Source: an uncultured archaeon (GTDB lineage Archaea; Iainarchaeota; Iainarchaeia; Iainarchaeales; DTGL01). From it: 38,403 nt of DNA. The DNA is taken from positions 1 through 38,403 of the forward strand of contig CAZKED010000007.1 of NCBI GenBank assembly GCA_964551725.1, given 5' to 3'. The translations under genes were made by a program, and so were the position numbers. The notes under the pieces are model-generated. The model made no database searches and was not told the DNA's origin. It saw only the letters and a program-made list of their open reading frames with translations. This document shows, piece after piece, positions 27,357-35,235 of this stretch; the first letter of the stretch is position 1, and each line of letters opens with the position of its first letter.

Positions 27357-30300
27357 ATGTCTGAAAAAGAGCTCCACCTGAGGGTGCAGGACTCCGATCC
27401 TACTCATGTGGGCAGGAACATTGTCACACTGGACAGAAAATCAAAGGATGCACTCGGCGTAACCTCAGGCGACATAATTGAAATAAAAGGCCAGAAAAAA
27501 ACCGCAGCAGTAATATGGCCAGCGCGGAGCGAGGACGAGGGAAAGAGCATAATAAGAATGGACAATTTCATAAGGCACAATTCAGGCGTTGGCCTGGGAG
27601 ACACGGTCACAATAAAAAAAGCGGCATTCAAGGAAGCAAAAGAGGTAATCCTCGCGCCAACAGAAGAAGTTCGCATAATTGCCTCAGGGTACGGCAGGAT
27701 TCTTAAGAAAAGCTTTCTCGGCAGACCGCTCACCCAGGGCGACAGCGTCTGGATAAGCGTTTTCGGTTCCGGTTTTGTTTACAGGGTGCTTAACACGAAA
27801 CCCAAGGGCATCGTGAAGGTCACGGATTTCACGCAGTTTGTTCTCAAAGAAAAACCCGTTAAAGCGGAACTCGAGGGAGTTCCCACCGTTGCATACGAGG
27901 ACATAGGTGGATTGAAGGAACAGATAAAAAAGGTCAGGGAAATGGTCGAACTGCCAATGCGCCACCCCGAGCTTTTCAGAAAACTCGGCATAGTGCCGCC
28001 CAAGGGAATCCTGCTTTACGGTCCGCCCGGAACGGGAAAAACTCTCCTGGCAAAAGCCGTAGCAAATGAAACAAACGCGCATTTCATTTCAATAAACGCG
28101 CCGGAAATAATGTGCGTTGATGCAAAAACGCCAATACTCACAAACCCCGCGGGCATGCAGACTGCTGAATCCATTTTCAATAATGCGGGGAAATCAGGCA
28201 GACTAATCAACGATGGAAAAATGAAAATTGTTGAACTTTCACAGCCAAAAAAAGTTTACTCCCTTGACAAAAATTTAAAGATAGCTGAGGGCAAGATAAC
28301 CCACGTAACTAAACTCAGGGCAAAGACAGTTAAAATCAAGACTTCGCTTAACGATGAATTTACGGTTTCATCCAACCAGCCTTTTGCAACAATGGATGCC
28401 TTTGGCAGCATAGTGTGGAAGACCTCTTCGGAAATCAGGAAGGGCAATTACCTGGCTGTTGCAAAGGAGCTCCCTGAGGGAAGGAAACACAAGTTTGAAT
28501 TCAAGGATATTCGTTCCAAGAGGAAGGACGCCTCAATTGTTTCACTCCCTGAGGAATCATCCCCCGAATTAATGCGCTTTCTTGGGTTTATGTATTCGGA
28601 AGGCTGCCTCCAGAAAGATGGCTTCTGCTTTGCAAACACAGACCCTATCCTCAAGGAAGAATTCGCATATTTGGTAAGAGAGCTTTTCGCATTAGAGCCA
28701 AAAATAAAAAAGAACAAAGTCAATGTATACTCTGTAACGCTCAGGCGCTATCTTTTGGAGGCCCTTGGTTTTCCAGAGGGGAAAAAGGGCGATTATTCCC
28801 TCCCAAAATGGATTTTTTCGCTCACACGTAATGAAACAGCATCTTTTATTCAGGGCTACTGGGAAGGAGACGGCACGGTCAGCAAAGGGACAGGCAACTA
28901 CCCAACGATAAGAATATATGCTTCCGGCAAAAAGGTTTTGAAAGACCTCTGCGTACTTTTAAGAAAGTTGGGCATAGTTTCAAAAGTGAGAAACTGGGGC
29001 ACTCCTTATGGCAAAATGTTTGCCCTTGTGCTCATCGGGAACAGGGCAAGGGAACTTTTCGCTGAAAACATAAAATCAAATGTAAAAAAATATTCACTTG
29101 TTTCAAAATGGTACAATAAAAGAAAGAAAAAAGGCGACGACCTTGTTATTCCAAACATTTCCCCGCTCTTAAAAGAGATAAAGGAGCGGGAGGGGCTTGT
29201 TTACGGAAAAAACCTTGAGGAGAATCCCGCAGAGCGATATATCTCCGGAAGGGACCCTTTAACCCAGAGAAAGCTTGAGGAAATCTCACTCCTTTTGGGC
29301 TCAAAAGACAAGAGGCTGAAAAAAGTCTTCAACTCTCATTTGTGCTGGGCAAAAGTTACAGAAATAAAACACCAAGGAGAAAAAAACCTGTATGACCTTA
29401 CTGTGGAGCCCTTCAACAACTTTTTAGGGGGACACAGTTTAACCGTTTTACACAACTCAAAGTTTGTCGGGGAAGCGGAAGAGCGCTTGAGGCAGGTATT
29501 CAAGGAAGCGGAGGAGAACGCGCCAAGCATTGTCTTCTTCGACGAAATTGACGCAATTGCCCCGAAGCGGGACGAAGTGATAGGCGAAGTAGAGCGCAGG
29601 GTCGTAGCGCAGCTCCTCGCCCTTATGGACGGACTGGAGGCAAGGGGAAACGTAATTGTAATGGCTGCCACCAACAGGGTGAATTCCCTGGATGAAGCAT
29701 TGCGCAGACCGGGCCGATTTGACCGCGAGATAGAATTCAGCATTCCGGACAGAAAGGAGCGGAAGGAAATACTGCAGATTCATACGAGAGGAATGCCGCT
29801 TGCAAAAGACGTCGACCTTGCGTACTTTGCAACAATAACCCACGGCTTTGTCGGGGCGGACCTTGCAGCGCTTGCAAAAGAATCCGCAATGAAAGCACTG
29901 CGCCGCTATCTGCCCGAAATAAACCTCGAGGAGGAAAAAATTCCGCCCGAAATTCTCGAAAAACTGGAAGTGAACAAGGATGACTTCCACAAGGGGCTGA
30001 AGGACGTGCAACCCTCCGCCCTCAGGGAAGTCGCAGTCCAAATACCCAAAGTAAAATGGGCGGATATAGGCGGCTTGGAAAAAGCAAAAAAAGAACTTAA
30101 GCAGGCAGTTGAATGGCCTCTCAAGAGCCCCAAGGCGTTCGCGGAAATGGGCATCACGCCCCCAAAAGGCATACTGCTTTACGGTCCGCCCGGCTGCGGA
30201 AAAACGCTCATAGCAAAAGCGGTTGCAACGGAATCGGAAGCAAACTTCATTTCGGTAAAAGGCCCCGAGATTCTGTCAATGTATGTCGGCGAAAGCGAGC

Positions 30301-30875
30301 GCGGCGTCCGCAAGATTTTTAGGAAAGCAAGGCAGGTCAGCCCGGTGATAGTTTTCTTCGATGAAATTGACTCCATTGCCTCCACGCGCGGCAACGCATT
30401 TGATTCAGGCGTTGGTAACCGCGTCCTGGACCAGCTTCTCACCGAGCTTGACGGCTTGGAAGGATTGAAAGATGTGGTATTCATGGCCGCAACGAACAGG
30501 CCTGATTTGGTGGACCAGGCATTGCTCAGGCCGGGCAGGGTTGACAAATTAATTGAAATCGAAGCGCCCAACGAAAAGGCAAGGGAACAGATTTTAAAAG
30601 TGCACGCGAAGAATGTTCCCCTTTCAAAAAACGTTTCATTCAAGGCGCTGGCGGAAAAAACCGACGGCTTTTCCGGTGCAGACCTGGAAGGCCTGGTCAG
30701 GGAAGCAGTACTGCTGGCACTCGAGGAAAGCAGGATGAAAAAAACCCTTGTGAAAAAGGTGCACTTTGAAAAGGTGCTTGACAGGCAGAAGCCCACAATA
30801 AACGACAAAACAAAGGAAGCATACGGCGAATTCAGGGAACATTTTGCGGAATACAGGCCGAGCTATGTGCGCTGA
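27357..30875 (+). CDS. cdc48: CDC48/VAT AAA+ ATPase containing an intein in D1
   Basis: N domain, D1 GPPGTGKT/FFDEID/ALRRPGRFDRE, D2 GPPGCGKT/FFDEID/ALLRPGR. A 448-aa insertion lies between PEIM and SKF. Confidence 0.96.
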   Translation: MSEKELHLRVQDSDPTHVGRNIVTLDRKSKDALGVTSGDIIEIKGQKKTAAVIWPARSEDEGKSIIRMDNFIRHNSGVGLGDTVTIKKAAFKEAKEVILAPTEEVRIIASGYGRILKKSFLGRPLTQGDSVWISVFGSGFVYRVLNTKPKGIVKVTDFTQFVLKEKPVKAELEGVPTVAYEDIGGLKEQIKKVREMVELPMRHPELFRKLGIVPPKGILLYGPPGTGKTLLAKAVANETNAHFISINAPEIMCVDAKTPILTNPAGMQTAESIFNNAGKSGRLINDGKMKIVELSQPKKVYSLDKNLKIAEGKITHVTKLRAKTVKIKTSLNDEFTVSSNQPFATMDAFGSIVWKTSSEIRKGNYLAVAKELPEGRKHKFEFKDIRSKRKDASIVSLPEESSPELMRFLGFMYSEGCLQKDGFCFANTDPILKEEFAYLVRELFALEPKIKKNKVNVYSVTLRRYLLEALGFPEGKKGDYSLPKWIFSLTRNETASFIQGYWEGDGTVSKGTGNYPTIRIYASGKKVLKDLCVLLRKLGIVSKVRNWGTPYGKMFALVLIGNRARELFAENIKSNVKKYSLVSKWYNKRKKKGDDLVIPNISPLLKEIKEREGLVYGKNLEENPAERYISGRDPLTQRKLEEISLLLGSKDKRLKKVFNSHLCWAKVTEIKHQGEKNLYDLTVEPFNNFLGGHSLTVLHNSKFVGEAEERLRQVFKEAEENAPSIVFFDEIDAIAPKRDEVIGEVERRVVAQLLALMDGLEARGNVIVMAATNRVNSLDEALRRPGRFDREIEFSIPDRKERKEILQIHTRGMPLAKDVDLAYFATITHGFVGADLAALAKESAMKALRRYLPEINLEEEKIPPEILEKLEVNKDDFHKGLKDVQPSALREVAVQIPKVKWADIGGLEKAKKELKQAVEWPLKSPKAFAEMGITPPKGILLYGPPGCGKTLIAKAVATESEANFISVKGPEILSMYVGESERGVRKIFRKARQVSPVIVFFDEIDSIASTRGNAFDSGVGNRVLDQLLTELDGLEGLKDVVFMAATNRPDLVDQALLRPGRVDKLIEIEAPNEKAREQILKVHAKNVPLSKNVSFKALAEKTDGFSGADLEGLVREAVLLALEESRMKKTLVKKVHFEKVLDRQKPTINDKTKEAYGEFREHFAEYRPSYVR
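28113..29456 (+). mobile_element. Intein with LAGLIDADG homing endonuclease
   Basis: Starts CVDAKT and ends YDLTV...NNF...VLHN followed by Ser+1. Internal motifs FLGFMYSEG and FIQGYWEGDG. Confidence 0.93.
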
Positions 30876-30899
30876 TTTTTTTTTGCTGCCCCCGCGACC

Positions 30900-31523
30900 T
30901 CACAAAAAGAAAAACAGGAACAAGAGCGGGAAGAAAAGCACTGCCCACGCCAGGGGGTTCCAGGCAATCACCTTGCTCCCGTCCAATGGAGGAAAGGGAA
31001 TCAAATTGAAGAAAGCAAACCACAGGTTTATCTGTATTACATAGAAAATAACGAGGAATGCCAGTGCATTGAGCGCTCCCGCGAGGTCAAGCGCAATCAT
31101 TATTGCAAACAATCCGAGCGCGCCGAGCACGTTTGTGAGAGGTCCGCAAATTGAGATTTTCCCGTTCTGTTTCAGGTTCAGGTGCGGTCCATAAATATAG
31201 ACCGCCCCCGGGGCGGCAAAAAGAAACCTCCCGAAGGAAATCAAGGGCAATGCAACAGCCATTATCAAGCCCAGATTCCATTTCCTGAACTCGGCGTGCG
31301 CTCCGTATTTCCTTGCAAGCTGCCTGTGCGCCAGTTCATGGAATACAAAGCCCGTGCTCACAGCCAGGCAGCTTATTGCCAGTGAAACAGGCAAGGCGAG
31401 CATTTGCATTCCCGCGAATTCCGGCTCTGCAAGCATTGCCGCTACGGACCTGAAAACAATGAACGAAAAAGCAAAGCTCAGCGCAAGCCAGCTTATGAGC
31501 AAATCCCTCAATTCCGTGCGCAT
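30900..31523 (-). CDS. Site-2 protease (M50) family metalloprotease
   Basis: HELAH, FAAPGAV, GPLTN, FNLIPFPPLDGSK. ATG 31523 follows GGGTGA. Confidence 0.92.
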   Translation of the reverse strand: MRTELRDLLISWLALSFAFSFIVFRSVAAMLAEPEFAGMQMLALPVSLAISCLAVSTGFVFHELAHRQLARKYGAHAEFRKWNLGLIMAVALPLISFGRFLFAAPGAVYIYGPHLNLKQNGKISICGPLTNVLGALGLFAIMIALDLAGALNALAFLVIFYVIQINLWFAFFNLIPFPPLDGSKVIAWNPLAWAVLFFPLLFLFFFL

Positions 31524-31620
31524 CCCGTTCACCCTGAAAAAAACTTTGTGCTGCGCTATCCTTTTAAAACCTTTTCAGCCCAATCTGCTTGAACCTTTAA
31601 AACTGCTAGGAGGGGTTTGG

Positions 31621-31806
31621 TTGAGAGAGTTGGAAGAGCGAGCGCAGGTATCCATTGAAATGATAGTGGTGCTTGCGGCGCTCGTAATGGTTGCATTGTT
31701 GCTGGTTTCAAGGATTTACGACACCGGCAAGACCGCGTCGAAAAAGTTTGAGAGCACATCGGAGAAAATCTTCAACAAGCTCGACAAGCTGGGGAAAGAG
31801 GCATGA
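31621..31806 (+). CDS. Small class III signal-peptide pilin
   Basis: TTG start after GGAGGGGT: (M)RELEERA|QVSIEMIVVLAAL. Confidence 0.75.
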   Translation: MRELEERAQVSIEMIVVLAALVMVALLLVSRIYDTGKTASKKFESTSEKIFNKLDKLGKEA

Positions 31807-32234
31807 AAGCGCGAAGGCAGGCGCAGTTGTCCCTCGAATTCCTCATAGTGCTTGCGGCATTCTCCACCGCACTGCTCCTGCTGCTGCCCGCGGCGCTGAG
31901 CGCGTGGCATTCCGCGCTCTTTGCGCTTGACTCAAGGAATGCTGAATCGCTGGCGGTTTCTTTGGAGCATTCAGTGCGGGAATTCAGCGTGCTTTCAGAA
32001 GGATCAAGAAAGGAGCTCCATTTCTCCCCAATAGGGAAATGGGTTTTTTCTGGCAAGGAAAGCAGGCTTGAAATAACAGTGCACGGGACAGGGAAAAGCA
32101 GAACGCTCTGCCTTGAGATGCCGCAGGGCGCAGAAGCCAAAACCGCGCGGGAAGAAATTGAGGGGAATGCCTTCATTGTTATTGAAAAAAAGCACGGCGT
32201 TGTTGAAGTGGAGTTATTCCATGAAAACGGTTAG
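31803..32234 (+). CDS. Class III signal-peptide pilin-like protein
   Basis: MKARRQA|QLSLEFLIVL. ATGA coupling to the upstream gene. Confidence 0.78.
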   Translation: MKARRQAQLSLEFLIVLAAFSTALLLLLPAALSAWHSALFALDSRNAESLAVSLEHSVREFSVLSEGSRKELHFSPIGKWVFSGKESRLEITVHGTGKSRTLCLEMPQGAEAKTAREEIEGNAFIVIEKKHGVVEVELFHENG

Positions 32235-32564
32235 CTTTACGCGCTCCGCTCCGCACCCTGTTATGTATAAGACATGCGCGGATATTGCTTTTTTGGGGCG
32301 GTTTCCGCGGGAAATTTTTTCCCCGTTCACTTCCAGCTCCCAGCCCTGCTGAGGAAAAGCAAATTCCGTGTCCGAAGCCATTTCCTGCAGTGAAAAATTT
32401 TTTTCGCGCATCCATGCCCTGAGCAAATCGTGCTCTTTCTGCAGCACGTAGAGTTCGCTTAGTCCAGGGCTTTCCCCCTGCGGGGAAAGAACGGCATAAA
32501 CAAGCGCTCCGAAAAAAAGCAGTGAAAGGAATGCCTCAACCGTCAAATGAAATCCGCGTTCCAT
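32214..32564 (-). CDS. Pilin-like protein (variant class III signal)
   Basis: MERG|FHLTVEAFLSLL followed by a TM helix. GGTGA RBS. Confidence 0.65.
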   Translation of the reverse strand: MERGFHLTVEAFLSLLFFGALVYAVLSPQGESPGLSELYVLQKEHDLLRAWMREKNFSLQEMASDTEFAFPQQGWELEVNGEKISRGNRPKKAISAHVLYITGCGAERVKLTVFME

Positions 32565-33035
32565 TCAATCACCGCACATGCGCAGTTCCAGCAGCGCCTT
32601 CTTTCCATAAGCAAAAACGAAGCGGTTTAAGGAATAGCAGTTTTTGCCCCTGCGGCTTGCCTGGAAAAGCAGTCGCTTTTCCCCGTTTTTGAATTTCAGC
32701 GTTATTCTTTCCACGCCCCCTGTACAGGGTTCTTCCTGCTGCAGCATTCCCAGAGCTTTTTCGTCCAGCACGTTTTCCAGCACCCTTTTTTTCTCCAGGT
32801 CAGCGGAGGCAAGGCAGCGGGAAGAGTGCCCGCAGCAATTTTTCACCATGGAGTCCAGCAGAAAAAGAGCGTTCTTTTTAAGGGCGAATGCCCTCAATTC
32901 CGATTCCCGTTCCTCCGCGAGAATGCCCAGCGAGAAGAGGAAAAGAAAAAGCATTCCCATGGCTGCGAGCGAGGCAATGCAGAAATCAATCGAGAAAACA
33001 ATCCCGCGTTCGTTAATTGAAATAATGCCTTTCAT
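32565..33035 (-). CDS. Pilin-like protein (variant class III signal)
   Basis: ERG|IVFSIDF followed by a hydrophobic helix. Confidence 0.65.
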   Translation of the reverse strand: MKGIISINERGIVFSIDFCIASLAAMGMLFLFLFSLGILAEERESELRAFALKKNALFLLDSMVKNCCGHSSRCLASADLEKKRVLENVLDEKALGMLQQEEPCTGGVERITLKFKNGEKRLLFQASRRGKNCYSLNRFVFAYGKKALLELRMCGD

Positions 33036-33360
33036 TTTCGACCCTCAGTATTGTTTGCCCGTTGCGCAGCACTGTGCCTGTTTCCGCGGGCACGGTGTGG
33101 GATTTCATGGCATCAGAGCGCACGCTGTTTCCTTGCGCGGTGCAGTCTGCTTTTATTCCCAAAACCTTTGCCCCGCTGTTAGCGTACATTGAATCGAGCA
33201 CGAAAGAGCAGTATTCCGCTTCAATTACGGATTGCATTTCCGCATTGCTTTTTCCCGCCTCAGAGAAAGAGGCAAACGCTCCCGCAAGGAAAAGCCCCAC
33301 AACAAGCAAAAAACCGACCAGCGCAATGAGAGCTTCAAGCGATGCCTGCGCTTTCCTCAT
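33013..33360 (-). CDS. Class III signal-peptide pilin-like protein
   Basis: MRKA|QASLEALIAL. Confidence 0.78.
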   Translation of the reverse strand: MRKAQASLEALIALVGFLLVVGLFLAGAFASFSEAGKSNAEMQSVIEAEYCSFVLDSMYANSGAKVLGIKADCTAQGNSVRSDAMKSHTVPAETGTVLRNGQTILRVENERHYFN

Positions 33361-33932
33361 ATTCTCACCACGGTTTTTTTAACCGTGTAACCCGCTGGCA
33401 GCAGGAAGTATGATGTCGAATGCGCAGAGGAAATTTTTCCCGCGAGCAGTGTTCGCCTTCCTTCGCCGCCGGTGTAGGTGATTTCCGCGAGGAAAACGTG
33501 CTCTTCGGGGCTCACAACAATTGTTTTGAACAGTTTTTCCAGCCCGCGGATTTCAAGGAATTCCTCTGCTGTGGGGACACCGCGGAAAACCGTTCCGGAA
33601 TCAATGAGGAAGAACTCTATTTTCGGCTCTTTGCTGAATTCCCTCTCGAATTCGCTGAATAATTCCAGCAGGTTTCTTTCTATTTCCGAGGAAATTTTTT
33701 CCGGTTCAATGTTTCCCTTTCTTATTTCCGATTCCAGCGTTCTCTCGATGAGTGCATCGATATTTTCCTCCAGCGCGCTTCTCAGGAAACTGTTCCTTTC
33801 AATTTCAACCGCAACAGATTTCGCTTCCCCGAGCCTTTCCCCCGCGCTTTTTTCCAGCGAGGCGGTTAAGAGAAGCGCGGCAGCCAGTGCAAACGCCAGA
33901 GTAAATGAAATAATTCCCCGCAATTCAACCAA
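33357..33932 (-). CDS. Membrane-anchored pilin-like protein
   Basis: LRG|IISFTLAFALAAALLL N-terminus. First gene of the minus-strand pilin-like cluster, coupled to the next gene. Confidence 0.6.
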   Translation of the reverse strand: MVELRGIISFTLAFALAAALLLTASLEKSAGERLGEAKSVAVEIERNSFLRSALEENIDALIERTLESEIRKGNIEPEKISSEIERNLLELFSEFEREFSKEPKIEFFLIDSGTVFRGVPTAEEFLEIRGLEKLFKTIVVSPEEHVFLAEITYTGGEGRRTLLAGKISSAHSTSYFLLPAGYTVKKTVVRI

Positions 33933-33986
33933 CTCTATGAGAATTTCGGCATATTAAAATTTAAATTTCTTTCCATTCCACCTATT

Positions 33987-34850
33987 TTGATGGATCCCCT
34001 GCTGAACTTTGATTTCAATTCCCTTTTGCGGGGGTCGATTGATTATTTTCAAAGGGAAGCCGTGCCGAGGGTTCTCTCCGGAGACCCTGTTTACATCGCG
34101 ATTGCCGCAGTGCTGTGCGTTTTCCTCGTTGTTTTTTTGGTTGGATTGTTTAAGGTAACAAAGTGGTTTTTTTCACTTTTGAGGCGGTTTTTCCTCCTCT
34201 TGCTCATAATTGCTTCCGGTTATGTTTTCGTTACCAATTTTTACGACAAGTTCTCCTTGGAAGCGATACAGCAGGCTCCTTTGATGACAATTGTAATAGG
34301 CGGCGTTGGCGGAATAGTGCTCCTCATCGCCCTTATAATCGCCATACCTTCCTTTACAGGGCACTTAAAGAGAAAGAAAGAAGTTACTGAGGAACCCACT
34401 GCCCCCCCTATAGAACCTACTGTTGTGCAGGAACCGAAAATGCTCACAACCCAGGCACTTAAGGCGCCTTTCCAGATGCCGTTTTTGCAGCAGCTGAGAA
34501 CAGACCGCTCACTGCTCGCTGTTTTGAGTTATGTGATTATTGCGGAGTTCGGGATTTTTTCCTCAAAAACGTTTCCTGCCCCGAGTACTGAAGTTGGATT
34601 GATGTTCTTCGGTATTTTCCTGGTGGGCGCGTTTATTTTCATTCGCACGAGCTACCATTCTTATAAGAGGGGATTGTTCCATTTGTTCATTGCGGGAATT
34701 TTTGCAGTAATTCTTTCCATTTTCCTCGGTCATTTCTGGGGTGCAGTTCCCCTTGATACCCTGCTTTCCATTAATTACTTTTCCACGAGCGCCCTCGTTG
34801 CAGTCATTACTGCGCTGGCGGTTTCCCTTTTGATGGGAAGCCGCGGCTGA
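33987..34850 (+). CDS. Hypothetical polytopic membrane protein
   Basis: Two hydrophobic blocks (about 3 and 4 TM) separated by a Pro/Glu-rich linker. Confidence 0.72.
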   Translation: MMDPLLNFDFNSLLRGSIDYFQREAVPRVLSGDPVYIAIAAVLCVFLVVFLVGLFKVTKWFFSLLRRFFLLLLIIASGYVFVTNFYDKFSLEAIQQAPLMTIVIGGVGGIVLLIALIIAIPSFTGHLKRKKEVTEEPTAPPIEPTVVQEPKMLTTQALKAPFQMPFLQQLRTDRSLLAVLSYVIIAEFGIFSSKTFPAPSTEVGLMFFGIFLVGAFIFIRTSYHSYKRGLFHLFIAGIFAVILSIFLGHFWGAVPLDTLLSINYFSTSALVAVITALAVSLLMGSRG

Positions 34851-34862
34851 GTGTTCAGCCGC
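34843..34862. terminator. GC-rich 8-bp hairpin between convergent genes
   Basis: GCGGCTGA-gtgt-TCAGCCGC, overlapping the stop codon of 33987-34850. Confidence 0.4.
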
Positions 34863-34917
34863 CTTCCCGGAGCTCGCCCTTCTGGAGTTGGGGTGTTGGT
34901 TGGGAGTTGAGGAGCAT

Positions 34918-35112
34918 TCAGGCTAATTCAACTTCAATCGGGGGGAAGCAGAATTTCCTCTTGAATTCAATCACCCCAAGCAGTTCGTACAGCATGTTCC
35001 TTAGCGCCCTTGCATTCTTTCCCTTGAGTATCTGGCTGAATACCTTGTTTTTACGCGTTTCCAGCTGTGAAAGGTCCATGCCTGCCATTTCCTCTTTCCT
35101 CATTATCCTCAA
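34918..35112 (-). CDS. Small protein resembling ribosomal protein uL29
   Basis: Strong RBS GAGGTGAT (35118-35125) and TATA TTTAAATA. MRIMRKEEMAGMDLSQL...ILKG..AR.LR....LL.VI..K follows the archaeal uL29 pattern by eye. Confidence 0.5.
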   Translation of the reverse strand: MRIMRKEEMAGMDLSQLETRKNKVFSQILKGKNARALRNMLYELLGVIEFKRKFCFPPIEVELA

Positions 35113-35177
35113 TGCCTATCACCTCTTTTTTTTGCCTCTCCATTATTATCCCGGGGCGGGTATTTAAATGGTTGGAG

Positions 35178-35197
35178 AGAGTGGGTTTCCGCTAAAA
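35178..35197 (-). promoter_or_regulatory. ORB-like 20-bp motif, copy 3 (TTTTAGCGGAAACCCACTCT), in the cdc6 upstream region
   Basis: 18/20 identical to 1640-1659. Followed after 8 nt by ATTTAAATA on the minus strand. Confidence 0.6.
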
Positions 35198-35235
35198 ATT
35201 TAATCCTATCCAATCCTTCTTTATTTAAGATAAAA

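Noticed and set aside
34907-35167. 86-aa plus-strand ORF upstream of cdc6
   Set aside because: The opposite-strand ORF has the strong RBS and TATA. This one lacks signals.
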